Assembly (NCBI GenBank): GCA_022451065.1
Contig: JAKUOU010000018.1
Span: forward strand, 1,490 to 65,489
Source of the DNA: Pedosphaera sp.
Lineage (GTDB): Bacteria; Verrucomicrobiota; Verrucomicrobiia; Limisphaerales; UBA1096
Direction of reading: 5' to 3'
DNA: 64,000 bases
The notes under the pieces are model-generated. The model did no database searches. It was not told the origin of the DNA and saw only the letters and a list, made by a program, of their open reading frames with translations. This document shows positions 18,676 to 26,672 of this stretch, piece by piece. Positions within the stretch are counted from its first letter, which is position 1; every line of letters begins with the position of its first letter. A program made the position numbers and the translations under genes.

Positions 18676-18912
18676 TTACTTCATCAGGAGCAACTGGCGG
18701 GCACGCTTGATGGCGTTGGCCATGCGGCGTTGATAGTGCGCCGGCAGGCCTGTGTACTTGCGCGGCAGGATACGACCATGGCCAGTTACAAATGTCTGCA
18801 GCAATTCCGTGTTGCGGTACTCCAATTTGTCGATGGTGAAATCGATCTTGGGCTTCGGGCGTGGCGGACGCTTTTGGTTCGAGTCCCGTTTTTTGTCCTT
18901 CTTCCTTGGCAT
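18676..18912 (-). CDS. rpsR: 30S ribosomal protein S18
   Basis: ...LEYRNTELLQTFVTGHGRILPRKYTGLPAHYQRRMANAIKRARQLLLM matches the conserved bS18 core. The protein has no cysteines. Confidence 0.9.
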   Translation of the reverse strand: MPRKKDKKRDSNQKRPPRPKPKIDFTIDKLEYRNTELLQTFVTGHGRILPRKYTGLPAHYQRRMANAIKRARQLLLMK

Positions 18913-18913
18913 A

Positions 18914-19081
18914 TTACTTGATCTCGCGATGCACCGTGTGACGGCGCAGATTGGGGTTGTACTTTTTCATCTCCAGCCGATCGGGCTGGGTTTTCTTGTT
19001 GCGCTGGGCCAAGTAACGGGACACTGGCTTGCCTTCGTCTTTAGCCTCCGTACACTCAAGAATAACTGTTTCTCTGGCCAT
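18914..19081 (-). CDS. rpmG: 50S ribosomal protein L33 (C-minus form); 55 aa, below the ORF-track size cutoff
   Basis: Hand translation: [55 protein letters not shown]. This matches the L33 consensus (..LECTEC......T.KNK...P.RLELKKYCP.C.KHT.H.E.K), but three of the four Zn-ligand Cys are replaced. The stop lies 1 nt before the rpsR start. Confidence 0.85.
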   Translation of the reverse strand: MARETVILECTEAKDEGKPVSRYLAQRNKKTQPDRLEMKKYNPNLRRHTVHREIK

Positions 19082-19084
19082 AAA

Positions 19085-19849
19085 TTAATCTTTCTTTGAC
19101 TTGGGTTCAGGAATTTCCTTAGTGACATTGTCCTTGGCCGATGATCCCTGCGTGGTGATAGTACCCAACCGTCCAAGTGAGCGGTTTTGCAGTATGCCAT
19201 ACTGTTCAAGTTCGCTCTGGGCATCCACCCGGAATCGCGTCCACGGGATGGCGTTGAGGCGTGTCTGGGGAATCGGCTTCCCGGTTATCTCACAAGTGCC
19301 GTAGGTTTCCTTTTCGATCCGCTTGAGGGCCTCTTCAATCTCGTAGATCACGTCTTGGTCAGACGAAAGCAAACTCAGGTTGAAGTCCCTGTCGAAATTG
19401 TCGGTGCCAGAGTCAGCCATATGGACGCCGTAGCTTTCCATTTCCTTGGCGGACTCCTTGGCAAGACCATTACGCTGATCGGTCAACCGGTCGCGAAGGC
19501 CGATCAAGAGCTGTTTTTGACTCGCCCATTTGCCACTATTATTAAGCTTGTTCACCTTCCGCTTTTGAGCGGCTCGTTTGGCCGGTGTAGCCGGCAAACC
19601 CAAAATAGCCGCCGTGGTCGCCGCTCCCAACTGATGATTGGATCGTAAAGTCGTTTTCTTTTTTGTGGGAGCTTTCTTGGCCACCGCTTTCTTGGCCACC
19701 GCTTTCTTGGCCACCGCTTTCTTGGCCACCGCTTTCTTGGCCACCGCTTTCTTGGCGCCGGCCTTTTTCGCGGGTGCCTTTTTCACCGCATTTTTAACGG
19801 TTTTTAAAGGTTTTCTTGCAACTTTTCGTTTTAACGCCACGACTTTCAA
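19085..19849 (-). CDS. DksA/TraR-family protein with N-terminal Lys/Ala-rich (histone H1-like) repeat and degenerate zinc finger
   Basis: The C-terminus IYEIEEALKRIEKETYGTCEITGKPIPQTRLNAIPWTRFRVDAQ aligns to the DksA coiled coil plus C4 finger, but only 1 of 4 Cys is retained. The N-terminus carries (AKKAV)x5. It has an apparent TTG start, and its stop is 3 nt before rpmG. Confidence 0.7.
   Translation of the reverse strand: MKVVALKRKVARKPLKTVKNAVKKAPAKKAGAKKAVAKKAVAKKAVAKKAVAKKAVAKKAPTKKKTTLRSNHQLGAATTAAILGLPATPAKRAAQKRKVNKLNNSGKWASQKQLLIGLRDRLTDQRNGLAKESAKEMESYGVHMADSGTDNFDRDFNLSLLSSDQDVIYEIEEALKRIEKETYGTCEITGKPIPQTRLNAIPWTRFRVDAQSELEQYGILQNRSLGRLGTITTQGSSAKDNVTKEIPEPKSKKD
19671..19760. 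repeat. 15-bp tandem repeat GCTTTCTTGGCCACC: 5 perfect copies plus 1 variant
   Basis: Perfect units at 19671, 19686, 19701, 19716 and 19731, with the variant GCTTTCTTGGCGCCG at 19746. The repeat is in frame and encodes the (AKKAV)n tract of the DksA-like protein on the minus strand. Confidence 0.95.
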
Positions 19850-20097
19850 TTAGATAATCATCTCATTTCGTCTGCCCAAAACAGTCATTTTCGGTCGCTG
19901 CAGGCAAAGCGAGGCGCGGAAATCTATCAAAGAACTTTCATAACACCACAAAAAATTGATGTTTTTTTGAATTTTTGGGTTTGTTTCCCCAGTTTTTTGA
20001 TATTTCCGCTTGTCCTTGAGAGGGCTTTAGATTTACGTCCTAGGTAGCAACTACCCAACGGTTCCACGGGCATTCCGGTTTGGTCCAAGTGTTGTTT

Positions 20098-21441
20098 TTA
20101 GTTCAAGACTACGCCCCGGCGGATGTAGGTGGGCTGGTCAAGATCCTCGCCCTTGTGGATGGTCGGCTCGCTTTCCTCGAACCGGCCCTTGGAGACGATC
20201 TCAAGCGGCAACAATTCCTGAATGATTTTCCTTCGCTTCGTTCGGTTTGGTTCCTCCTTGGCCGCCACCCGGATCAGGTCTTCACGGCATTCTGGAGTCA
20301 AAGCATCAGCTGGCGGAGCTGGCGGAGTGTAGGCAAAACCATTTCGGTTTTTGCCGTCGCTTTCCTTTCCCAAGTCAAGATAACTGCCGGTGTCCGGCAC
20401 AGTAAATGGATCGGAATAGCCCAAGTCGGATGTTTGCCTGTTTGGATCTAGCTTGGGCGGGGCGCTTTCGCGATCCGCCCCGTCCAATTTACCCGCGTGT
20501 GCAATAACAACGGTCAGCTTGAGTGCTTCCTCGTTCCCTTGGCCGGAAACCCCGACAACCAACTTGGCCGAAGGTGAGCGGTTGCTGATTGCCACTGTAA
20601 CGGCATCCATCTCCGCCAAAGTCACGTCCCCACCCGAGAGGTTAACCAAAAGTGAACTGGCATTCTTTAATGCCTCACCACCCTGGCTTGCAGGATGGGC
20701 CAGAAGCTTTTGCACGGCATCATCGACCCGATCCTCACCGCTGGCTTCAACATGCATAACGGAACCAAGGCTATGCCGGCCTTGCACCGAAGCCTGCAAA
20801 TCTGCAAAGGAAACATTCAGCATACCGGGCTCGAGCAACATTCGACTCACCCCCAGTACGGCCTCGCACAGGTGGCGATTGGCGATTTCCAGCGCTTGGT
20901 GCAGCGCGATGTCGGCGCCCTCCATGAGGACGACATTCTGATTGGGAAAATGAAAAACCGTATCGGCAACCTGCTTAAGATCCCGTAGCCCCCCGGTGGC
21001 CTGGTTGCAACGCTGGATGCCTTCACAGTCAAATGGTGTCGCCGCCACGCCCACCACCAGCGCCCCGGCCTGCTTGGCCAAGTTCGCCAAAAACGGCGCG
21101 GCTCCCGTGCCTGTGCCGCCTCCCATCCCGACAACGACAAAGACCAGGTCAGTACCACGGAGAATCTCGATCAACTCATCGCTATCGGATTCGACAGCGC
21201 CCCGGGCTAGCGCCGAGTCGCCCCCGGTGCCCAGACCGCACGGGATCGCTTGACCAAGCAGGAACGGCCGTGACTGGTGACAACGGGAAAGACTGCGGTT
21301 ATCGGTGTCCAGCGAATGCGCCACGACCCCGTCGGGAGCGATCATGGCAAGGATCTCGACCAGTTTTACACCGGTCTCGCCCAAACCTATCAGGCCGATA
21401 GTTGGATTAGCGCCCTCTCTCTGTTTGTCTGAATTACTCAT
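20098..21441 (-). CDS. ftsZ: Cell division protein FtsZ (divergent T1 and T7 loops)
   Basis: GMGGGTGTGAAP tubulin signature, TPFDCEGIQR, LNVSFADL and the C-terminal peptide DLDQPTYIRRGV. Start trimmed to the ATG at 21441, 16 nt after the ftsA stop. Confidence 0.9.
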   Translation of the reverse strand: MSNSDKQREGANPTIGLIGLGETGVKLVEILAMIAPDGVVAHSLDTDNRSLSRCHQSRPFLLGQAIPCGLGTGGDSALARGAVESDSDELIEILRGTDLVFVVVGMGGGTGTGAAPFLANLAKQAGALVVGVAATPFDCEGIQRCNQATGGLRDLKQVADTVFHFPNQNVVLMEGADIALHQALEIANRHLCEAVLGVSRMLLEPGMLNVSFADLQASVQGRHSLGSVMHVEASGEDRVDDAVQKLLAHPASQGGEALKNASSLLVNLSGGDVTLAEMDAVTVAISNRSPSAKLVVGVSGQGNEEALKLTVVIAHAGKLDGADRESAPPKLDPNRQTSDLGYSDPFTVPDTGSYLDLGKESDGKNRNGFAYTPPAPPADALTPECREDLIRVAAKEEPNRTKRRKIIQELLPLEIVSKGRFEESEPTIHKGEDLDQPTYIRRGVVLN

Positions 21442-21457
21442 GACTCGTCGTCCTGCA

Positions 21458-22708
21458 TCAACGACCAAATAGTGCGGCAACCTGGCGCCGGATGACGCGA
21501 CCAATGCCTCCCCGACGCGGCGAGGCATTTGCTTGGAAGGCCCCGAACTTAATTAACCCTACCGGTGTAGCGAACTCCGGCTCGTCCAGCGCGTTTTTGA
21601 CGCCGCTCACGGTGCTAGCTCGCCCGATGGCCACTGGGAGCTTGAAAACGTCCCGCGCCAGTCGTGTGATGTGCGGGATGCGCGCTCCGCCACCACAAAG
21701 AATCACCCCGGCGCGGAGATATTCGATCAATCCCGCCCGGCCAATGTCATTGGCGATCAACTCGAAGGTCTCCTGCAGGCGCATAGACATGATCTTTTGC
21801 ATGTGACCGAGATCGATCTGCCGGCCTGGGATCAAGCTGTCGTCTGACAGGCTGACCTTCCGGTCCCGCACCTCGGGATCAATCACGGCCGACCCGTGGT
21901 CGATCTTGATCTGCTCGGCCCGGGCCAGCGGCACCTTCAGGCCGTAGGCAAGATCGTTGGAGACATGATCGCCTCCGACAGCCAAAACGCCGGTGTGCTT
22001 GATAACACCCGCCGAATAAACCGCATACTCGGTGACACCGGCACCGAGGTCGATCACCAGCGTGCCCAGTTCCTTCTGCTCCATGCCAAGGATGGCAAGC
22101 GAGGAGGCAAGGGCACTCGATGAGATGTTGTTCACCTCCAGGTGCAGCCCATTGACGAGACGGATCGGGTTCTGCAAACGGTTGTACCGGCCGCTGACAA
22201 CGTGCACGTCCACCTCGATCTTGGCACCCAGCATACCCTCCGGGTTGAGAACGCCGTCCTGCCCGTCTACGCGAAAGTGTTGCCGGATGACATGGACCAC
22301 CGAGTAGTCTGTCGGGAGGTTGATCGCCCTGGCATTCTTGATGACATCCTGAATGTCAGCGCCGGTGATTTCCCGATCCGCCGACACCACGGGGTGAACC
22401 CCGGTGTTGTTGAAACCGCGGACGTGGCTGCCGGTGACGCCGAGGAATACATCTCGAATCTCGACGTCCGCCACCTGCTCGGCCTCGACGATGGCGTTAC
22501 GCACGTCCTCCTCGGCCAAAGCAACGTCAATGATTTCACCCTTACGAACGCCTCGGGACTTGGCTTGGCCAAGGCCAATAACGTTGACGGCCTGGTTTTC
22601 GCCCACTTCCCCCACGGCAACACACACCTTTGAGGTCCCAATCTCGAGGCCAACGATAATTTGTGAATCGTTCACGGTATCTTCATTTCCCAGCCAGGTT
22701 TCGGCCAT
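21458..22708 (-). CDS. ftsA: Cell division protein FtsA
   Basis: Actin-fold motifs IIVGLEIGTSKVCVAVGE, VIDLGAGVTEYAVY and ILCGGGARIP, plus a C-terminal amphipathic tail. Confidence 0.9.
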   Translation of the reverse strand: MAETWLGNEDTVNDSQIIVGLEIGTSKVCVAVGEVGENQAVNVIGLGQAKSRGVRKGEIIDVALAEEDVRNAIVEAEQVADVEIRDVFLGVTGSHVRGFNNTGVHPVVSADREITGADIQDVIKNARAINLPTDYSVVHVIRQHFRVDGQDGVLNPEGMLGAKIEVDVHVVSGRYNRLQNPIRLVNGLHLEVNNISSSALASSLAILGMEQKELGTLVIDLGAGVTEYAVYSAGVIKHTGVLAVGGDHVSNDLAYGLKVPLARAEQIKIDHGSAVIDPEVRDRKVSLSDDSLIPGRQIDLGHMQKIMSMRLQETFELIANDIGRAGLIEYLRAGVILCGGGARIPHITRLARDVFKLPVAIGRASTVSGVKNALDEPEFATPVGLIKFGAFQANASPRRGGIGRVIRRQVAALFGR

Positions 22709-23642
22709 TCTTTATGTCCTCGGCAATCGTCGGCGAGAGCATCCAGCGAACCGGCACGTTGTTCGTCACTGAAAGGTCCACCGTTTCGATGGCCAGACCA
22801 AACTTCTGCCCGTGCGCCCGAATGCGGGCCCAGCGGTTAAGCTGCCGGGCCAGGCGATCGGTCGAAAGATCCACCTGCCCCCCGTTGCCAGTGGTGACCC
22901 GCAAGATGCGCGGCTGGGAGAGGTCAATTACCCGCAAATCCACCACACCAGCCAAGGCTGAGCGGCGAAACTCCCCAATGAGTCCAAGTGCGGCCTGCAG
23001 CTTTGGTAGCCCGGCAGGGCGGCCAGGGGAGAGGGACTTGAGTTTTTTAAGCTCAATCCCGGAAACGACCGGCAGCGACCATTCAGCCTGCTTCTCCGGC
23101 GCCACCACCGAGTAGCCATCGATCGGGCTCATCACGTGGCCGGTCTCGTCCAGTTGCACCCTCACGCAGTCGTAATCGGTCACACCGGCACCGTCGCGCT
23201 GCCAGGCCCAGACCTGAGCCATGGGCACCCGCTCGGCGACCCGTACCTGCAGTGTGTCCGGCAGGAAACGCTCCACGGACGCCGCCCTCACCCGTGGGGC
23301 CAGTTCAATGTCGCGCTTGATCCGCAGCAAATCGAGCTTGAGCAGGTTGTCGCCCGAGCTCACACCGCCCCATTGCTTGAGTTGACCCACGCTAATGATC
23401 CCGTCTGTCCGATAGTCCAGTTGCCTGACGGAGAATGACTCATTCTCGTACACGAGCCGGTTTAGCGCGAAAGCACCGCCCTGCCAGCAGACGGCAATGA
23501 TCCCTGCGATCGCGGCGGCCAGGGCCGACAACGAACGCAACCAGCGTAATCGCTCGCGCTTCGCCTGCTGCGACTGCACCTTTACCGAGAGTAGTTTTTT
23601 CCGCCCTGACTTGCTGTTCCTACGTTTCGCTCTAAATACCAT
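22683..23642 (-). CDS. ftsQ: Cell division protein FtsQ (POTRA domain)
   Basis: Basic N-terminus, a single TM helix (LSALAAAIAGIIAVCW), then a POTRA-like region. Sits between ddl and ftsA and overlaps ftsA by 26 nt. Confidence 0.7.
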   Translation of the reverse strand: MVFRAKRRNSKSGRKKLLSVKVQSQQAKRERLRWLRSLSALAAAIAGIIAVCWQGGAFALNRLVYENESFSVRQLDYRTDGIISVGQLKQWGGVSSGDNLLKLDLLRIKRDIELAPRVRAASVERFLPDTLQVRVAERVPMAQVWAWQRDGAGVTDYDCVRVQLDETGHVMSPIDGYSVVAPEKQAEWSLPVVSGIELKKLKSLSPGRPAGLPKLQAALGLIGEFRRSALAGVVDLRVIDLSQPRILRVTTGNGGQVDLSTDRLARQLNRWARIRAHGQKFGLAIETVDLSVTNNVPVRWMLSPTIAEDIKNGRNLAGK

Positions 23643-23654
23643 GTCAAAGTTGCT

Positions 23655-24575
23655 TCATCCGGTGGCCGCCAATGGCGGATGTTCCACGGCTAGCTCGACC
23701 AGCCATTGGCACAATTCCGCAAAACCGGTGCCGGTCGCCGCAGCCGCCTTGGGCAGCAGGCTCGTCTGCGTCATCCCTGGCAGGGTGTTGACCTCGAGGA
23801 ATACCGGTTCTCCATCCGGCCGCACAATAAAATCCACGCGAGCACAATTGCCACCGCCGACGGCTGCCAGGGCCAGTTCCCCAGCATGCTGGATACGGTG
23901 CGTGGCCTCAGCATCGAAGGGAGCAGGACAGGTGTACTCTGTCGCACCCTTGGTGTACTTGTTGGCGTAATTGTAGGCTCCATGCTTAGGCGTGATCTCA
24001 ACCACTGGCAGCGGCTGGCCGCCGACAACTCCCACCGTGACTTCCCGGCCCCCGATTAGTTCCTCAACAAGTACCCGCCCGCCGCCCTCGAGCGACTTAG
24101 CCAAGCCGCTTGGCCAAGCGGACCTCGAATCAACGAACTCAAGGCGAATGCTCGATCCCTGGCAGACCGGCTTGAGCACCAGTGGCAGTTCGAGCCCGTC
24201 AGGCAGACCGGCCCCCAGGGCATCCACCACACAGTCCTTCGCCGTGGCTAACCCGTCCCTGGAGCATGCACGCTTTGCCGCCACCTTGTCGAACGCCAGT
24301 CGGCTTACCGCCTCACTGCAGCCGGTGTAGGGCACACCCAGCGCGTCGAGCTTGGCCTGAACAGTGCCGTCCTCCCCGTACGTCCCGTGCAGCGCGAGAA
24401 ACACCACGTCTGTTTTTGGAGGCAGCCGAAACTCACCGTCCACGGGATCGATTTCGCTCACCCGGTGACCCAGACTTCGCAGCGCTTCCGCCACTGCCGA
24501 GCCGGACTGGAGTGACACCTCCCGCTCCTCTGATGGTCCACCCAGCATCACGCAAATATCTAGTGGCTCAATCAT
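23655..24575 (-). CDS. ddl: D-alanine--D-alanine ligase
   Basis: VMLGGPSEEREVSLQSG, FLALHGTYGEDGTVQ, PLVLKP, ARVDFIV and FLEVNTLPGMT are canonical Ddl motifs. Confidence 0.9.
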   Translation of the reverse strand: MIEPLDICVMLGGPSEEREVSLQSGSAVAEALRSLGHRVSEIDPVDGEFRLPPKTDVVFLALHGTYGEDGTVQAKLDALGVPYTGCSEAVSRLAFDKVAAKRACSRDGLATAKDCVVDALGAGLPDGLELPLVLKPVCQGSSIRLEFVDSRSAWPSGLAKSLEGGGRVLVEELIGGREVTVGVVGGQPLPVVEITPKHGAYNYANKYTKGATEYTCPAPFDAEATHRIQHAGELALAAVGGGNCARVDFIVRPDGEPVFLEVNTLPGMTQTSLLPKAAAATGTGFAELCQWLVELAVEHPPLAATG

Positions 24576-25515
24576 CCCGATCCTCCCCGCCGATGATTTG
24601 CACCTCGGTCTTCAACTCGATGCCGCGCTCAGTCAACGCCCTCTCCCGGATGCGACCGATCAACCGTAGAATATCACCCGCCGTCGCGCCGCCCTTGTTG
24701 ACGATGAAGTTGCCGTGTTCCTCAGACACCATCGCGCCGCCCTCACTCGCACCCTTGAGGCCAAGCTCATCGACCAGCTTTCCGGCGGGGATGTCCTCCG
24801 TGTTTTTAAAAATGCAGCCGGCACTGCGCGCCTTGGGCTGGCTACCCCAGCGCTGTTTACTAAACTCGGCCATGCGGGCGGCGATGGCCTCGGCGGTGTC
24901 CGACTCTCCCTTCAGCACCGCGCCCAGTGCAATATGATTATTCAACAGCGGACAGCTCCGGTACGCAACCTCGATCGAGTCCGTCGGCATTTCGAACACC
25001 TTGCCGGTGAGATCCATGAACAGCACCGTCTCCACCACGTCGAACAGTTCGCCGCCCATCGCGCCGGCGTTCATACGCAGCCCGCCGCCTATGCTGCCCG
25101 GGATGCCCTCGAGAAACTCCATCCCCGCCAGGCGACAGCGCTTGGCCTCGGCGGCCACGTTTTTCATCTTTGCGCCTGCGCCACACTTCAACCTCGACCC
25201 GCTCGGTTCAATGTCAGTGAATGGAGCCTGGCTCAATCGTACCGTCAACCCTCGCACACCGGAGTCAAGTGGGAGAAAATTCGATCCGCGCCCAAGCACC
25301 GTCACCGGTAGTCCCCTCTCACGACAAGCAGCCAGTAACGCCGAGAGGCCGGCCTCGCTTTTGGGCTCGGCGAAAAAGTCGGCCCGTCCGCCTGCTCGCA
25401 TGGTCGTCATTTCGGCCAGCATGTAATCCGGCTTGACCACCGTCGCGTCGGCGGCGGCTTTCTCGAGCAGTGCTTTCACATCCTCCGACACAGGCGCTGC
25501 GACCCCGGCGCTCAT
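24568..25515 (-). CDS. murB: UDP-N-acetylenolpyruvoylglucosamine reductase
   Basis: FAD-binding TMRAGGRADFF, VLGRGSNFL, GSIGGGLRMNAGA, SAGCIFKNT and FIVNKGGATAGD. Confidence 0.9.
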   Translation of the reverse strand: MSAGVAAPVSEDVKALLEKAAADATVVKPDYMLAEMTTMRAGGRADFFAEPKSEAGLSALLAACRERGLPVTVLGRGSNFLPLDSGVRGLTVRLSQAPFTDIEPSGSRLKCGAGAKMKNVAAEAKRCRLAGMEFLEGIPGSIGGGLRMNAGAMGGELFDVVETVLFMDLTGKVFEMPTDSIEVAYRSCPLLNNHIALGAVLKGESDTAEAIAARMAEFSKQRWGSQPKARSAGCIFKNTEDIPAGKLVDELGLKGASEGGAMVSEEHGNFIVNKGGATAGDILRLIGRIRERALTERGIELKTEVQIIGGEDRDD

Positions 25516-26672
25516 GCGGCTACCTCCTTCCCCTTTGGCAGGGCAAACATTAGTTCGTCCCCGGCATCATCCTCCCAGCCGCACGCCTCGGAAATCCGTT
25601 GCACGACCTCCCCGGTGGCCTGCGCCGACTTCCACTGTTTCATCGCGCCAGCCATGGCCTCGAGCCTGGCCGGGCTGCCGAACAACTCGCTCAATTGGCT
25701 GACGAGCAGGTTGGACGTCAGTTGCTTCTGGTGAAAACACCGCGCCGCACCAATGTCCACGAACGACCGGGCATTGAGCCGTTGATGGTCGTCCACTGCG
25801 GTAGGGTATGGGATCAATATTGCCGGCAGCTCCATCGCCGAAAATTCAGCAAGCGACGACGCCCCCGAGCGGCTCAACGCCAAGTCGGCCGCGCCCAGCG
25901 CATATTCCATCTCGGTCAAAAACGGTCGCACTACGGCGCTCAGGCCAAGCGCATCGTACGCCTGCCGAACCGGCTCAACGCTGCCGGTGCCGGTCAGGTG
26001 GATGAACTGCAGTTCCGGCAACGCCTTGGCCAAGCGCGGCAACGCCCCGACCAGCGCCTGGTTGATCGACTGCGCCCCCTGACTGCCGCCCATCACGAGC
26101 AACACCGGCCGGTGATCGGCCAGGCCAAGCGAGGTTCGTGCATCGGCCTTTTCGATCGGCTCCAATGCCGAGCGCACCGGCAGACCGGTGGCGCGAATAT
26201 TGGTGCTCAGCACCCTCGGCATTGCGGAGGGGAACTGGACGAACACCTCGTCGGCCAGCGGCGCCAGTAGCTTCACCGCACGGCCCGGGATAGCATTGGC
26301 CTCGTGCAGAAAAATACGGGCGCCTATCATCTTCCCGGCGATCACCGGCGGCGCGCTGGTGAACCCGCCCATCGCCAGCACGGCATCGGGGGGCTTGTCG
26401 CAAAAAAGTTTTCGGCATTGGCCAAGCGACGACCAAAAACAGGCGGCAAACAGGGGCAGATTGCCGCTGAGAGCGACCATCGGTAGCGATTCGACCTCCA
26501 TTCCGTATGCCGACTTGACCGCCGTCTGGTCCACCTCCTTCGGGCTGACGAGCAGCGTGACATCGCAGCCGCGAGCCACGAACGTATCCCCCACGGCCAG
26601 ACCAGGGAACAGGTGTCCGCCGGTTCCGCCGCAAGCGATGGCAATACGCTTGGCCAAAGGATTCATGCTCAT
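25512..26672 (-). CDS. murG: UDP-GlcNAc--undecaprenyl-PP-MurNAc-pentapeptide GlcNAc transferase
   Basis: IAIACGGTGGHLFPGLAV, GGFTSAPPVIAG, VMGGSQGA and SRSGASSLAEFSAMELPAILIPYP. Confidence 0.9.
   Translation of the reverse strand: MSMNPLAKRIAIACGGTGGHLFPGLAVGDTFVARGCDVTLLVSPKEVDQTAVKSAYGMEVESLPMVALSGNLPLFAACFWSSLGQCRKLFCDKPPDAVLAMGGFTSAPPVIAGKMIGARIFLHEANAIPGRAVKLLAPLADEVFVQFPSAMPRVLSTNIRATGLPVRSALEPIEKADARTSLGLADHRPVLLVMGGSQGAQSINQALVGALPRLAKALPELQFIHLTGTGSVEPVRQAYDALGLSAVVRPFLTEMEYALGAADLALSRSGASSLAEFSAMELPAILIPYPTAVDDHQRLNARSFVDIGAARCFHQKQLTSNLLVSQLSELFGSPARLEAMAGAMKQWKSAQATGEVVQRISEACGWEDDAGDELMFALPKGKEVAA

Noticed and set aside
19671-19760. Regular 15-bp repeats considered as a possible CRISPR-like array or minisatellite
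   Set aside because: The units are directly tandem with no spacers, far shorter than CRISPR repeats, and in frame within a CDS, where they encode (AKKAV)n.
19850-20097. 248-nt AT-rich intergenic region examined for a small RNA, tRNA or ftsZ terminator
   Set aside because: There is no tRNA-like cloverleaf, no conserved ncRNA motif that I recognise, and no convincing GC stem plus T-tract. It is best explained as the promoter/leader region of the dksA-like operon.
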